This document shows, piece after piece, positions 11,135-25,693 of a stretch of 64,000 nucleotides of DNA. The notes below the pieces were generated by a model that saw nothing but the letters and a program-made list of their open reading frames with translations, searched no databases and was not told the origin of the DNA. The stretch is taken from assembly GCA_951406725.2 (NCBI GenBank), contig OX597815.1:206522001-206586000 (forward strand). Direction: 5' to 3'. This DNA comes from Octopus vulgaris (lineage: Eukaryota). Numbering within the stretch: position 1 is the first letter of the stretch; every line of letters starts with the position of its first letter. Position numbers and translations under genes: made by a program.

Positions 11135-13988
11135 CAGGGGTCTCCAAAGTACGGCCCGCGGGCCGGATTCGGCCCGCCAAGGTTTTTAATCCGGCCCGCC
11201 GAGCTGTCCTCCAAAATTATAAAACAAATGTCGAAAAACAAGCCTTGCCGAAATCATACAAAAACAAATATACTTTACACCCCTTTTAATACGTTTGACA
11301 AATATAGTACAGCAAATAGACGCAAGACGACGCTAATTGATTTGCCATCAATTAATGTCTTTAAATTGCGCCGGCGAATTAAAAATTTATACACTAAACT
11401 TTAGTGTAAATATAGGTTCTTTTCCACTCCCCCCGTTTTAACTGACCCATCAGAACCACCATAAAATGAATTAACTTCGCTATGGAGCTACCTATCATTC
11501 ATCTTAGATAATAGGCGATTGTCAGTGAGATGGATGGTGCTGCTTACAATGAAGCAGAGATTCAATTTCTAGCTTTATTGATGTCGCAGAAAAGTCAACC
11601 TATTCCGTCAACTGTCGAGAGAGCAGATACGACAAGTATGACGTTAATAAAAGTCCCGTGCCTAGTATAATAAAAGAAGACAAATATCGATTTATCGATG
11701 TTACCTACATCTCACGAGCGATGAATAGAGAGGGTTGAGCCTGACGTTGTGTGGTGGTTTCTAATCCTGGTGCAGTCGCCAATCAGCGTGGAGTAAAGTT
11801 CGATGCGCATTCCGTCAGTCAGCACAGACTTGGCGTTTTCGTTGTGCACAAGTGTGAGTCATTTGTCGTCGTCGCTGCCGAAGTGAATGCACGTATCGAG
11901 TGACCTGTGAATATTGTTTTTACTTGTTTCGTCCTTTTACATATATCGTCGAGCAAAATCTGTCGACCCATGGTAAAAATGTTAGCTCAAGGAAGAAAAC
12001 GAAAAATCGACTCTGAGTGTAGAGTTTTTAAGGAACAATGGAACATAGACTATTTTGTCATAGAGTCAAACAACAAGGCACTATGCGTTATATGCACCGA
12101 CACAATTGCAGTACTTAAAGAGTACAACATTCGGAGACATTATGAAAAAAAGCATTCATCACAGTACTACCAATTCATTGGACAGCTACGTAAAGAGAAA
12201 TTTGACAAATTAAAGAAGAATTTATCATCAATGCAGTTTGTTTTCAAGAAGAAGGCTGTAGAAAAAGAGAGAGCAACAAGAGCAAGCTTCCATGTTGCTA
12301 ACCTTTTGGCGAAGAAAGGTAAGCCATTTACAGATGGTGAACTTATTAAAAAGTGCTTGAATGAGGTAGCTAAGGAAATGTGTCCAGAAAACGTAGATTT
12401 ATTTTCCGCAATTAGTCTTTCTGCGAACACTGTTGCTCGTAGGGTTGAACATATTGAAAGAAATATTAAATCACAGCTAAAAGACAAAGCCAGCAAGTTT
12501 GTATGCTTTTCTGTTGCACTTGATGAGTCAATTGATGTATCAGACACATCCCAATTGTTATTGTTCATCAGAGGAATAAATGCCAATTTTGAGATTACTG
12601 AGGAACTTGTATCTGTGCACAGCATGCATGGAACAACAACAGGCATAGATATTTTTAGAGAAGTGGAAAAGTCAGTGGCTGAGTATAATTTGGAATGGAA
12701 AAAACTAAAATGCATAACAACAGATGGTGGCAGAAATATGTGTGGAACCAAAAAGGGCTTAGTTGGGCAAATTAACAAAGTAATTGAGAATTCCGGTGGA
12801 TTGAAACCTTTGGTATTGCATTGTATTCTTCATCAGCAAGCACTGTGTGGAAAGCATCTTGATTTATCATCTGTATTAGATCCTGTGATTTCCACTGTTA
12901 ACTACATAAGATCTCATGGACTCAAACATCGCCAATTTCGTGATTTCTTGGAGGAAATGAATGCTGAGTTTCCAGACCTACCTTACTATACTTCAGTAAG
13001 ATGGCTTAGCTATGGAAAAATTCTGGCTAGATTTTTTGAGCTTCGAACTGAAATTGAAATATTTTTAAATGAGAAAAACCATTCACAGGTGTTGCTCAAA
13101 GACAGTGAATGGCTCTGGAAATTAGCATTTTCAGCCGATTTAACTATGCATCTCAATGATTTCAACCTACGGATACAAGGTGAAACTTCACTCATCTGTG
13201 ATTTGTACTCAAAGGTGAAAGCTTTTCGTAAGAAATTAATACTATTTGAAAGTCAGTTAACAAGAAGCTGCTTTACTCATTTTTCACGATGTGACAAATA
13301 TAGACAGGAAGCTGCCACTCCATTTCCAAACTTGTTTGCTCAAGATGTCATTTTAGCTTTGAAACAACAGTTTGAAGAACGTTTTTCTGATCTTGATGCA
13401 TGTTCTTCAAAACTAAGAAATTTTGAAAATCCATTTAACTCTGTTATTGGAGACTTACCTTCTGAGTTACAAATGGAAGTTATTGATTTGCAATCCAATG
13501 ACATCCTGAAGGACAAATATAAAGAGGGAAATTTGATTGAATTCTACAAATGCCTTCCATCCGACCAATTTCTTCATTTAAGGAGGTTTGCCTGTGAATT
13601 CATTTCAGTTTTTGGCACCACATATTTGTGTGAGAAGACTTTTTCAAAGATGAAATACACAAAATCCTGCTACAGATCACAATCGTCTGATGAACATTTA
13701 AATGCATTGCTTGTTATTGGAACCACTCATTTTGAACCTCAGTTGGACAAAATTTTGTCAGAAATGAAACAATTTCATGTTTCCCCTATTGATCAAAGTT
13801 AAAAAAAACATGTTAATTGTTACTGATATTATATACATTGTGATTATGTACTGAATAAATAACCATTTTTAATTATTAATTCACTATTTATTTATATTTT
13901 GGTAAAATAAATAATTTAGAACCTTGGCCCCCGTAGCTTTAAAAATTCAGCAATGTGGCCCTCCGCTGGAAAACTTTGGAGACCCCTG
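11135..13988 (+). mobile_element. Full-length hAT transposon (Buster/Charlie group), 2,854 bp
   Basis: Perfect 16-bp TIRs CAGGGGTCTCCAAAGT / ACTTTGGAGACCCCTG. Perfect 8-bp TSD ccttagat (11127-11134, 13989-13996) with central TA, typical of Buster elements. Subterminal GGCCC repeats at both ends. Confidence 0.97.
11970..13802 (+). CDS. hAT transposase, 610 aa from the first ATG (SPIN/OC1/GTF2IRD2-like)
   Basis: Uninterrupted ORF. NLS RKRK; BED finger CVIC...RRHYEKKH; catalytic D (ALDES), D (TTDGG) and E (LCEKTFS); CxxH (HCILH); VRWLS; C-terminal hATC dimerisation region. Confidence 0.95.
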   Translation: MVKMLAQGRKRKIDSECRVFKEQWNIDYFVIESNNKALCVICTDTIAVLKEYNIRRHYEKKHSSQYYQFIGQLRKEKFDKLKKNLSSMQFVFKKKAVEKERATRASFHVANLLAKKGKPFTDGELIKKCLNEVAKEMCPENVDLFSAISLSANTVARRVEHIERNIKSQLKDKASKFVCFSVALDESIDVSDTSQLLLFIRGINANFEITEELVSVHSMHGTTTGIDIFREVEKSVAEYNLEWKKLKCITTDGGRNMCGTKKGLVGQINKVIENSGGLKPLVLHCILHQQALCGKHLDLSSVLDPVISTVNYIRSHGLKHRQFRDFLEEMNAEFPDLPYYTSVRWLSYGKILARFFELRTEIEIFLNEKNHSQVLLKDSEWLWKLAFSADLTMHLNDFNLRIQGETSLICDLYSKVKAFRKKLILFESQLTRSCFTHFSRCDKYRQEAATPFPNLFAQDVILALKQQFEERFSDLDACSSKLRNFENPFNSVIGDLPSELQMEVIDLQSNDILKDKYKEGNLIEFYKCLPSDQFLHLRRFACEFISVFGTTYLCEKTFSKMKYTKSCYRSQSSDEHLNALLVIGTTHFEPQLDKILSEMKQFHVSPIDQS

Positions 13989-14013
13989 CCTTAGATGGTT
14001 GTCTAACCTCTAA

Positions 14014-14102
<89 letters not shown>

Positions 14103-14128
14103 GTGTGTGTGTGTGTGTGTCTATTTAT

Positions 14129-15471
14129 TGTTAGGAACTTAAAAACGATAAAAACCTTTTATCGGATAATGTTAAGTTAAACACAAGTAACCAGTTTTTC
14201 ATACTGCAATGTAAGGTTAGAATGAAGTCCATTGTCAAAATGGGGGAAGCTAGGTGTTAATAGCCAAACTGTGAAACTCTAACAAATTGGCTGGACCTTA
14301 GCAAACCTTCATTAGCAGAGATAATTGTACCCCAGTTTTTTGTGACTGTTTTTATTCTGTGAGACAAGGATTCCGGAAGCTATGATTGCTTGTTTTGTTA
14401 TTGCAGTTTGTGCTTGGTTCTAGGCATTTATAGAAACATATTATGCTCCAGGAATTCGCCAGAACTTTTTGATTGTCACTTTTAAAATAATTCTCTTAAG
14501 TTATGTTATGTTATAATATTTATGTGAATTTTGAAACCTGCATTTCTGGCAGGTTGTGTAGTAATTTTGCTAGTTATTTTCTGTTAAGATAAATGTTAAA
14601 ATTTATAGAAATAGCTAATGGGTGTATGAATTTAAATTTTTAATGTAGCCAATTTTTTGTACTAGACAACTGTAAATTTTGACTAACGGTTACTCAGCAT
14701 GCTTGTATGAAGCAGTTTTGTGTGAATTTAAAGCAACCTAGATTGTTTTGTTTGACTATTTTTTTTTTTTTACTATAATTATTGAGGTTGTCTGGCAGCC
14801 GTTTGTGCCATGAACTTTTAGTTTAAATGGTTGCTTTAACATTAGATTTATTTATGTTTAGGTTCAAGGTTCGAAATCCAAGGTTGAACACCGAATTTCC
14901 GAAGACAGATTTTATGACATTTTATGACATTCCGAGGTTCTAAATCCAAGGTTGAATACCGTATTTGTGAAAATAGATTTTATGACATTCCAAGGTTGAA
15001 CACCGAATTTGTGAAGGCAGATTTTATAACATTCCAAGGTTCGAAATCCAAGGTTGAACACCAAATTTATGAAGACAGATTTTAAGTCCAAGGTTTTAAG
15101 TCCAAGGTTTGAATTTGTGTCGCCAGATTTTATGAAATCCAAATTTCCGGAATACATATTTGTTTTGTAAACCAATTTTGGTGAAATCAAAATTTGTGAA
15201 TCCAAAGTTACGAATCCAAGTTTGTGAAATGAAGTTGAAGCCTGGTTTCTGAGTCCGAATTTCTGAACTATATATTTTACCTTTATAAATATTTTGACTG
15301 CACGTCTAGTGTAGCATTAATTTATTTATGTTCGCATATATTTTTTTGTATGTAGGCTGTTTTTCTATGCTGTCACTTAAATGTTAATAATATTTTACAA
15401 AACTTCATGGTGTGTTGTTGTTTTGCGTTGTTGGGTGATTAAATTCGGGTGATGGCCATCAGGTCGTAACA
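14129..15471. mobile_element. Probable solo LTR with internal minisatellite
   Basis: Ends TGTTAGGA...TCGTAACA. Internal tandem units (tccaaggttgaacaccgaattt..gaagacagattttatgaca) at about 14860-15200. No TSD seen. Confidence 0.45.
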
Positions 15472-15574
15472 CACATATATATGCGTGTGTGTATATATAT
15501 ATTATTTACTGAGTCGGCAGAAATGGCTAAGGGCCCACGGTTTGCGAAGGCTGTGAATGTATCGTGAGCGTTTG

Positions 15575-16110
<536 letters not shown>

Positions 16111-16400
16111 TGTCTATCTGTCTGCCTGCTTGCCTACCTGCCTGTCTGCTTGCATGTCTGTCTGATTGTCTGGCTGCCTTAATGACTCTCCCTGTGTATA
16201 TACTTATATAAGTGCACGTGTTTGTATTTATGCCTCTATGTATTTGCATATGTGAACGTGTGCACATACATGCGCATGAAAATAGTTTATGATTCCCTTG
16301 GGCATTACTTAAAATTTCATATATATGTAAAACTCACTTGTAATCCCCCCGCCCGCCCAAAATACTTAATGTATTAAGAGCTACTTCTTTTTCGATTTTT

Positions 16401-16563
16401 CAGGCGTGGTTGAGTGGTAAGAAACTTGCTTCCGAAGCACATAGTTCCAGGTCCAATCCCACTGCATGGCACCTTTGGCATGTGTCTTCTACTTTAATCT
16501 CGGGCAGACCAAAGCCTTGTGAGTGGATCTGGTTGACGGAAACTGAAAGAAGCCCGTTGTTTA

Positions 16564-16630
<67 letters not shown>

Positions 16631-16801
16631 AAAGAGTGGCTGTGTGGTAGGTAGCTTGCTTACCAACCACATGGTTCCGAGTTCAGCCCCACTGTATGGC
16701 ATTTTGGGCAAGTGTCTTCTGCTATAGCTCCGGACCGACCAAAGCCTTGTGAGTGGATTTGGTAGACGGAAACTGAAAGAAGCACGTATATACATATATA
16801 T

Positions 16802-16836
<35 letters not shown>

Positions 16837-17080
16837 TATGTGGGTGTGTGTGCGTGTGTATTTATGTGTCTGCGTTTGTCCTCCTCACCATCACTTGACA
16901 ACCGATGGTGGAGTGTCAACGTCCTCGTAATCTAGCGGTTCGACAAAAGAGAACCGATAAAATAACTACTAACCTTACAAAGAATAAATCCTGGGGTCGA
17001 TTTTTTTCGACTAAAGGCGATGCTCCAGCATGGCCGCAGTCTAATGGACTGCAAAAAGTTAAAAGAATCAAAGACTAAAA
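16401..17080 (+). mobile_element. Two SINE family B copies in tandem (partial 16401-16560; near-complete 16633-17080)
   Basis: Similarity to 28076-28499. Confidence 0.8.
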
Positions 17081-17364
17081 GAACAACCATAAAAATGTGG
17101 ACACTTCGTTTTTGGCATCAAGGTTGCCCAAACATTTGAAGCATATGTAGGACTTCTAGGTTTCGACGTGTGAATCCTTTCATCTTTGTTAAGTATAAAC
17201 TTCATTTTTTGTTCTCAACATTTTTGGTTTCTTTTCTCCTATTTTCTTTTATTATTTCAACTGAATACATTTTTATCATATTCATTTATTTATATAACTC
17301 TTCGCTAAAAACAATACATGCAGATGAATGTATATACACATATAAATGCATATGTAACTTCAAA

Positions 17365-17401
<37 letters not shown>

Positions 17402-17692
17402 CACGCATATATATATATTTACATACATGCATATATATATATTTACATACATGCATATATATATATTTACATACATGCATATATATATATTTACATACAT
17501 GCATATATATATTTACATACGTGCATATATATATATATATATTTACATACATGCATATATATATATTTACATACATGCATATATATATTTACATACATGC
17601 ATATATATATATATATATTTACATACATACATATATATACATATATATATATATATACATTCATATATATATACATACATATATATATATAC

Positions 17693-17723
<31 letters not shown>

Positions 17724-17761
17724 CTTGTATACATATATATATGTGTATATATATATGTATG

Positions 17762-17809
<48 letters not shown>

Positions 17810-18016
17810 CACACAAAAACACGCACATATTTCTAGCAATAGAAACAAACAACTACAAAAAGCCCCCCAAAAAACAACAACCAATCCCCACTGCAACGTG
17901 GGTAATATTTGTTTCTGTTGGATAGATTGTGGCCTGTCTATGTCTAGGCCAACAGATGTCAGGATGTGTCTCAACTTGCAAGTATTTTGTTTTATCCCGC
18001 CATTCCATCCTTGTTG

Positions 18017-18071
<55 letters not shown>

Positions 18072-18200
18072 CGTTTTACATTCTCTCTCTTTCCCATCGT
18101 ATTTCTTGTACTACACCCCCAACCACTCACTCGCTATCATTATCAAGTTTTTAATAAGTATATAAGTGATAATTGGAAAATGAGAAAAAAAAAAGGAAGA

Positions 18201-18274
<74 letters not shown>

Positions 18275-18314
18275 TAATAATAGTAATAATAATAATAATA
18301 GTAATAATAATAAT
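18201..18314. repeat. (AAT)n microsatellite
   Basis: Directly visible. Confidence 0.95.
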
Positions 18315-18486
18315 TCAGGATGAAGAATAAATTTGCTGCTGTTACAAACGAACATAGAGTTATGTCTGTATTAGATAGGAAAATGTTTGAACATCTTTGT
18401 ATCAGGGTGGAGTGATATCGCTGTATGACAGTAACAAAGAGAAAAACATCTATATTCATGTTTATGCATGTACATAGGTACGTATG

Positions 18487-18537
<51 letters not shown>

Positions 18538-18790
18538 CTCATGTATTAATGTATGCATAATATATTAGATATATGGTGAGTATGTATATATGTTTATCTA
18601 TATCATACTCAGACAAACATATATAAACACATAATATATATACATATGCACACACATACACATATATGTATATTTATATACTCATACATATATGCATACA
18701 TATATACATTCATAGAAACATAGATATATAGATATGTGTATACGCACATGCCATATGTTCATAACTGGCATGTACACATAAATATATAAA

Positions 18791-18829
<39 letters not shown>

Positions 18830-19112
18830 CACACACACATATATATATATATAATACATATATATAATATGTACATGCTTACATACTATATTTACACATG
18901 CACACATACACACACGCGCTCATAGACACATATATTTTACATACATATGTATACATATTGATGTATATATATATATGTATTGATGTATGTATACATTATA
19001 TGTATATATACATGCTTATGCACATATTTTCATGGAAAATTATACATACATACATACACAATCATGCACATGTATATAAATGCATATATAATATATATAT
19101 ATATATAAATGC

Positions 19113-19162
<50 letters not shown>

Positions 19163-19539
19163 GTGTGTGTGTGTGTGTATATGGAGTGAGTGAGAGACAG
19201 AGAGAGAAGGAGAATGGGAGAGAGAAAGGAGAGAGTTATAAAGAAGAAAAAACCCAAACAGAACAAACATGAAAAGAAAGAAAAAGAAAAAAATTAAAAG
19301 AAAAGTGAGATAAGGCGATGAAGAGAAGAAAATTTGATGGTGAAAGGGGTGGGAACAGCTTAAGACACGAAAGGGATGGGAACTAATGAAAAAAACAGTG
19401 GAAGGGGTGTGGTGTTATTAAAATAACATCGCTCTAAATTTGTGAGGATTTTTTTTTTAAAAAGACCATATTTTTGAGTTCCCCATGTCCCATGTGAAAT
19501 ACAGCAATATATGCCCCATTAAACGGAACTAAACTTTGC

Positions 19540-19572
<33 letters not shown>

Positions 19573-20113
19573 ACACATATACACACACATATACATATAT
19601 ACACACATGCACTCACAAGCAAACGCAGACATACTAACGCACATAATAAATACTCATACGTATAGACATTTATACATATACACATTTATACATATATGCA
19701 TACATATATACATACACACATACATATATCTATATATGTATCTCTTTCTCTCTTTCTCTCTCTCTCTCTATCTGTCTATATATATATATATCTTTATATA
19801 TATATATGAATGCCATGTGCACACATGCATACATCTATATTATAAATATATACATATGTACATACAGACACACATGAGCATACACACACACACGCACATA
19901 TATATTATACATATACACACACACATATATATATATATGTGTGTATGTATACTCACATTTACGTAGGCCTATGTAAATATACATAGATACATATACGTGT
20001 AAGTATACATATGTACGTGTACGTCAATATACTTGTGTGCATCTATCTGTCTATTTACATACATGTATGTATGTATGTACGTATGCATATATATATGTGT
20101 ATATATATATATG

Positions 20114-20237
<124 letters not shown>

Positions 20238-20294
20238 CACACATATACATACACCCACACATATACTTGTATGTGTATATAAAAGTAAAAAAAT

Positions 20295-20585
20295 ACTCCT
20301 TTTGGTCATGAATGACTATGGGATTGCACCGAAAATCTACGCCCCATCTCCGAGACACGTCCGAGCAAGGTTATTTATGAAAGACCAGAAGTCGCCCATG
20401 CATTCCAGCCTCATTTATATTATCCAAGAGAAAGGCAGTTGCCAATGCAGCTTCGCATCAGTGACGTTGCAACTTATTTTGACAGCTGAGTGAACTGGAA
20501 CAACATGAAATAAAGAATCTTGTTTAAGACCACATCACACAGCCCAGTCCGGGAACCGAACTCAATACCTCATGATTCTGAGCCT

Positions 20586-20674
<89 letters not shown>

Positions 20675-20967
20675 TGAGACCCCCTTCGGCCACGACTGAC
20701 CATGCGATTGCACCAAGAAAGTTACCCTCCCAGGCACAAGTCCGGGCAATGATGTTTATGGAAGACCAGCAGTCGCCCATGCATACAGGCCTCCCCTCTC
20801 CAAGGGAAAGGCAAAGGCCAATACAGCTTGGCACCTGTGACGTCGCAACTCATTTCTACAGCTGAGTGAACTGGAGCAACATGAAATAAAGTGTCTTGCT
20901 CAAGAACACAACACACAGCCTGGTCCGGGATTCGAACTCACAACCCCACGATCGTAAGCTCGACGCT
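20295..20967 (-). mobile_element. Two copies of a further tRNA-derived SINE (family D; 20295-20586 and 20675-20967)
   Basis: The two copies are mutually similar. Minus strand has B-box gagttcgaatccc followed by the core gttcttgagcaagacactt...ctccagttcactcagctg. Confidence 0.75.
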
Positions 20968-21460
20968 GATTCGTGCTCCTAAACACTGATTCGTGCTCCT
21001 TCACACACACACACACACATAAACACATTTCATTAAATATGTTACTTAGATTGTTATCTTATTTAAATACTGCCTTAATTGCGTATACCGGATCACCCAT
21101 GCCGGCTGTTCGCGACACCAATGTTTCAATCATTTTTTTGGGGTCCCAATATCAAAGAAGTTGAATTCTCGTCGGTGTATGTTGCTAGTTGAGAGTACGT
21201 GCCATTGAAAAGGCCAATAAAGGCCAAAAATGCATCAGGCGTTCTCACTAGCTGCTGCTGGGATTAATTTTCCTGTGTCTTTTTATTTATAATGTTTTTA
21301 ACAGAAAAGCCATAAAACACGTAACCTCAGGACAAATACTAAACAAACTGACCTATCGACTGTGTATATACATTATTTATGACACATAGACGTCTCTCTC
21401 TCTCTTTCATTTTATTTCTCTCTCTCTGTATGTATATATATATATAATTAATTTAAGCAG

Positions 21461-21500
<40 letters not shown>

Positions 21501-21588
21501 TCATACACACATATTTTCGGTTTAATAAGTGCTAGTATTCGGAGCTCTCGGTCCATGAGTGTTACTCTGTTACTTCAGCCAATTAGTA

Positions 21589-21629
<41 letters not shown>

Positions 21630-21783
21630 GTGGGCTAAAAGTCACGCTCAAACTAAGTTCAATATACTCCGGAATTGTCAAAGACAAACTTCAATTCTTC
21701 TAAAATTGAATAAAATAAATGAAATAATGATCGCACACAGTCTTGGACATCATAAACAAAATAAATAATAATAACATGATATA

Positions 21784-22627
21784 CAGGATGCGATGGATAA
21801 ATTGTCATTCTATATTTTCAAGTACGAGCATGCACATTGTTTGTTTTTGATTTTGTCGGCTACAAAGTATAGTAGGGTCAGTTAGGCACCGTCTATGAGA
21901 AAAACAGCACCATGACGCAATTCACTCTGATAGAAGTTTGGAAACGTGCTGTGCTTCTTGGCATTCGCGCGGAAGTTTCAATAAGAACATTTTAGAGTGT
22001 TTAGATGTTAATCTGAGGCGAGTGCAATCTGAGGACATGTACTGCGAGTGATAAAATTCAAACATCTAATCAGAATCAAGGTGTTTGGAGTGATCACTAG
22101 TGATGGTGAAGTTATGCCTCCATTCATCTTCCCACACGGCCTCACACTCAACAGGGAGGCCTACATCAAGTGCCTGGAGGACGTAGTGTTGCCCTGGGTC
22201 AAGAGAGTGGCTGCTGGAAGACCCTGTGTCTAGCAACAAGACTCTGTACCATATCACACAAGCAGGAGAACCCAGTGATGGCTGTCAGACAATTTCTGCA
22301 ACCACATCACCCCTAACATCTGGCCACCTAACTTCTCATCCCGCAATCCTCTTGATTATCATGTGTGGTGGGGCAGTTGAGTGAGAGACCAACAAAACTC
22401 GTTGTAACACCAAAGATGGATTGAAGGCAAGGATTATGGCAGCATTCACCAACTTAAACAAAAGAACCGTCCAGAAGAGTTGCAGGAGATTCCGAAGTCG
22501 TCTGGAGGTCTTGGTTAAAGCCAATGGCACTTTTATTGAATAAATTTACTCTTTAGTATTTCAAGATATTTATTTGTAATTTAGGTAAATATATATTTTA
22601 AAACGACAATATATTCACCGCACCCTA
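21784..22627 (+). mobile_element. Internally deleted Tc1/mariner-superfamily element (maT/DD37D-like)
   Basis: Degenerate TIRs caggatgcgatggataaattgtc / gacaatatattcaccgcacccta with TA flanks. Remnant VFGVITSDGEVMPPFIF...QQDS..YHTSRRTQ*WL...WPPN..PLDYHVW. Confidence 0.8.
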
Positions 22628-22773
22628 TAAATGAAATTGCAAATGTGTGTGTGTGTATATACGTTTTTATTGAAGTGTCGTTGAAAGCTCGAAATAGGAA
22701 GTAATAAACAGTCCGCTACTGAAGAGGAGTTAGACTTCTTTTGGTATTTTGTCCTGTATTTTGTTCTGTGTCG

Positions 22774-22823
<50 letters not shown>

Positions 22824-23341
22824 TTAAATACATACATATACCTTTTTTTATTAAATCTGCAAAATCATCGCAGAAACTGTTACTCAGAGTTTTACGTACT
22901 CGTTCGTCGAACAGTTGTGCATTTATGTGCTTGGCTGCGTGCACGTGTATATATATATATTAGAACAAACAAAAAACATACGAAAAATTACTCATGACCA
23001 GCTCGCTTAGAGAAAACTCTCGCGGTTTTCACACTTTAGACAGAATCGTTACTTCTGGTGGCGTCAACAACCATCGGATACGGTTGTCAGGGAATTGATA
23101 CAATAGATACAATACATTAGCACAAGAAAAATATACAGTTAGGTCTTTGTGACTAGGACAGACAAAACACGAGAACACGAAAAACTTGTATCGCTAAAAT
23201 TTAACATCTTGGACAGAAACAAATAAGACAACAGAGCAACGAATTTGGTACAAAATATAGGAAAGCGTATTTGCATGTATATGCATATATCTGAGAAAGA
23301 GAGAGATAAAGTGACAGGGAGAGAGGGAGATGGGAGAAATG

Positions 23342-23372
<31 letters not shown>

Positions 23373-24967
23373 TGTGTGTGTGATTGAGCGAGAGGGAGAT
23401 CATGCCTACGTAAACGTGTATAATTTTCTATATATGTTCGCAATAATGTAAATGTATGTATATAGAAAATAAATTCTATGATGATAATTTAATCACAATG
23501 TCAGTATGTGTGTATAACAACGCGGAAACATAATCATACATATCTAACGAAGCAGAGTACGCCATGTTGAAATTGTAAGTATCTGTGTGTTACGGATAAG
23601 TAGATTTCATCATTAGATCGAGCAAAAGATTTCTCGTAGATGACAGCAATTTAATTCAATTAGTGTAGTTACTGATCATATGCTTATTATCATGAGAAAA
23701 ATCTCTCTATATATATGTCTGTGTGAGTTACTGCAAACAAAAGGTCCTTCTATCTTCTACCACCCACTCAGTTAATTGTACCAGAATTAACTTTAAAGCT
23801 ATGCAATACACTTTTCTTTTTCTGAAAATCTTTTAAAAAGTTCTCGAGTTACGGAAAACTTTATCAACAAAGCGAATTTTGTTAGTAATGGAAAGAAAGA
23901 TTATGGTTATAAGACATTAGTTTATTATTGTAAATGACCTTTAGAGTAGAAATCCACATCAAATGAAGACCAAAATAGGTTAACAGACCCAAAAGGTTAG
24001 ACCCAAAAAGGTTAACATAAATACCAAATACGTAAAAAATAGCTTAAAATAATGTAAGAGAGAAAGAGAGAAAGAGAGAAAGAGAGAAAGAGAGAAAGAG
24101 TAAGTGTGAGTTTAGTTACAAAAATGGAAGTTTAGTTATTAAAATAAGAAAAGACAAAAACAGTGTAATTAAGCTGTTGAAATTCAAAACGAATGTTTAA
24201 ATATAGATTTTAAAATTCTAACAGACGATACATAGGCTCATAATGTAATTAAAGTTTGAGGTTAATGTATGCAAGCACAACGAAGCTGTTACATTTCTAT
24301 CCCGACTAGTAGACGTTTTCATTTCACAGAGATTTTAAAAATAAAATTAATCATCACGTATACTTAATTGAAGTGAACGGTTGAAACGATAGTGTATTGG
24401 ACTAAATGCTTTGCTGTATTTAATTTCAGCTCTTTATGTTCTGAATCAAAACTTCGCCTAACCGATACTGACTTTAAGCCCTTTGGCAGTCATTAAATAA
24501 GCACTCGGCAAGCAGTGGGATCACATAAATCAACAATACCATCTGAATATCTACGACCTTGGATTTAAGAAGATTATTTAATTTTTTAACTCAACATTGA
24601 TTTATTATAACACTAAAATAACAAAAGTTGCTGGTTCAAAATCACTCAGACATATTTTGAGTTCGCGCGTACTAATTTTTGAATGAATTATATATATGTA
24701 TGTATGTATATATGTATATATATACGTATATATATATATGTATGTATTTATATATGTATATATATATATGTATATATATATGTATATATATGTATGTATA
24801 TATATATATGTACATATATATAGGTATGTATATATGTTTATATATATACATATATATGTATATATATTTATGTATATATATATGTACATATATATATAGG
24901 TATGTATATATATATATATAGGTATGTATATATGTTTATATATATAAATTTATATATATATATAATA

Positions 24968-25243
24968 TAGATTCAGATGAATATGGTACTTAAGTTGACG
25001 CACCAAAATTTAGTACTGTATTATCCATACAATTTCAAAATAAGGTGATTAAAATCAAAATAAGTAACAAGGATATCCAGAGGTAATGCAGTACGATCGT
25101 TTCAAGCAACTCCATTTAATTGAATTCTTTGTCTTTATGCAACTGCATTTTAAATTGATGTAATGATTGCATTGTTCATTTAAATGGAGTTGCTTGAAAC
25201 GATCGTACTGCATTACCTCTGGATATCCTTGTTGCTTATTTTG

Positions 25244-25246
<3 letters not shown>
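24968..25246. repeat. Fold-back insert between (TA)n tracts; hairpin 25053-25246 with a degenerate hammerhead fold
   Basis: Arms of about 67 bp, nearly perfectly complementary. Confidence 0.85.
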
Positions 25247-25293
<47 letters not shown>

Positions 25294-25344
25294 GTGTGTG
25301 TGCGTATGTATGTATGTATGTATGTATGTATGTATGTATGTATG

Positions 25345-25376
<32 letters not shown>

Positions 25377-25506
25377 GAGCGTAAATAATTGTCGCAGAAA
25401 GTGGAAAATCCAATTCAGAGTTTTTCCTCTGAGAAAAGCAGACGGGAGTCACTTAAAAGAGAGAGAGGCAGCAGTGTTTTAGAGAATGTACTCTTTTTGC
25501 TGATTC

Positions 25507-25552
<46 letters not shown>

Positions 25553-25582
25553 CACACACGCGCGCACGCACACATACACACA

Positions 25583-25693
25583 CAAAATAAATACAAATGT
25601 CATTTAGAATTTACGACAGATGTTTCGGTAGAATTTTATTATTGTTTCTATCGAAACATCTGTCGTGAATTTTAAACATTTGTGTTTACTTTG
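25583..25693. repeat. Fold-back insert following (CA)n
   Basis: tagaatttacgacagatgtttcggtagaa pairs with ttctatcgaaacatctgtcgtgaatttta. Confidence 0.8.

Noticed and set aside
11907-11969. N-terminal 21-codon extension of the transposase ORF from a GTG start
   Set aside because: Eukaryotic context; the first ATG is at 11970 and family similarity begins just after it.
12167-12778. 203-aa antisense ORF within the transposase
   Set aside because: Shadow ORF on the opposite strand, no recognisable motifs.
14860-15200. Regularly spaced repeats resembling a CRISPR array
   Set aside because: The intervening sequences are themselves repeated and degenerate, no cas genes are present, and the DNA is eukaryotic; this is a minisatellite.
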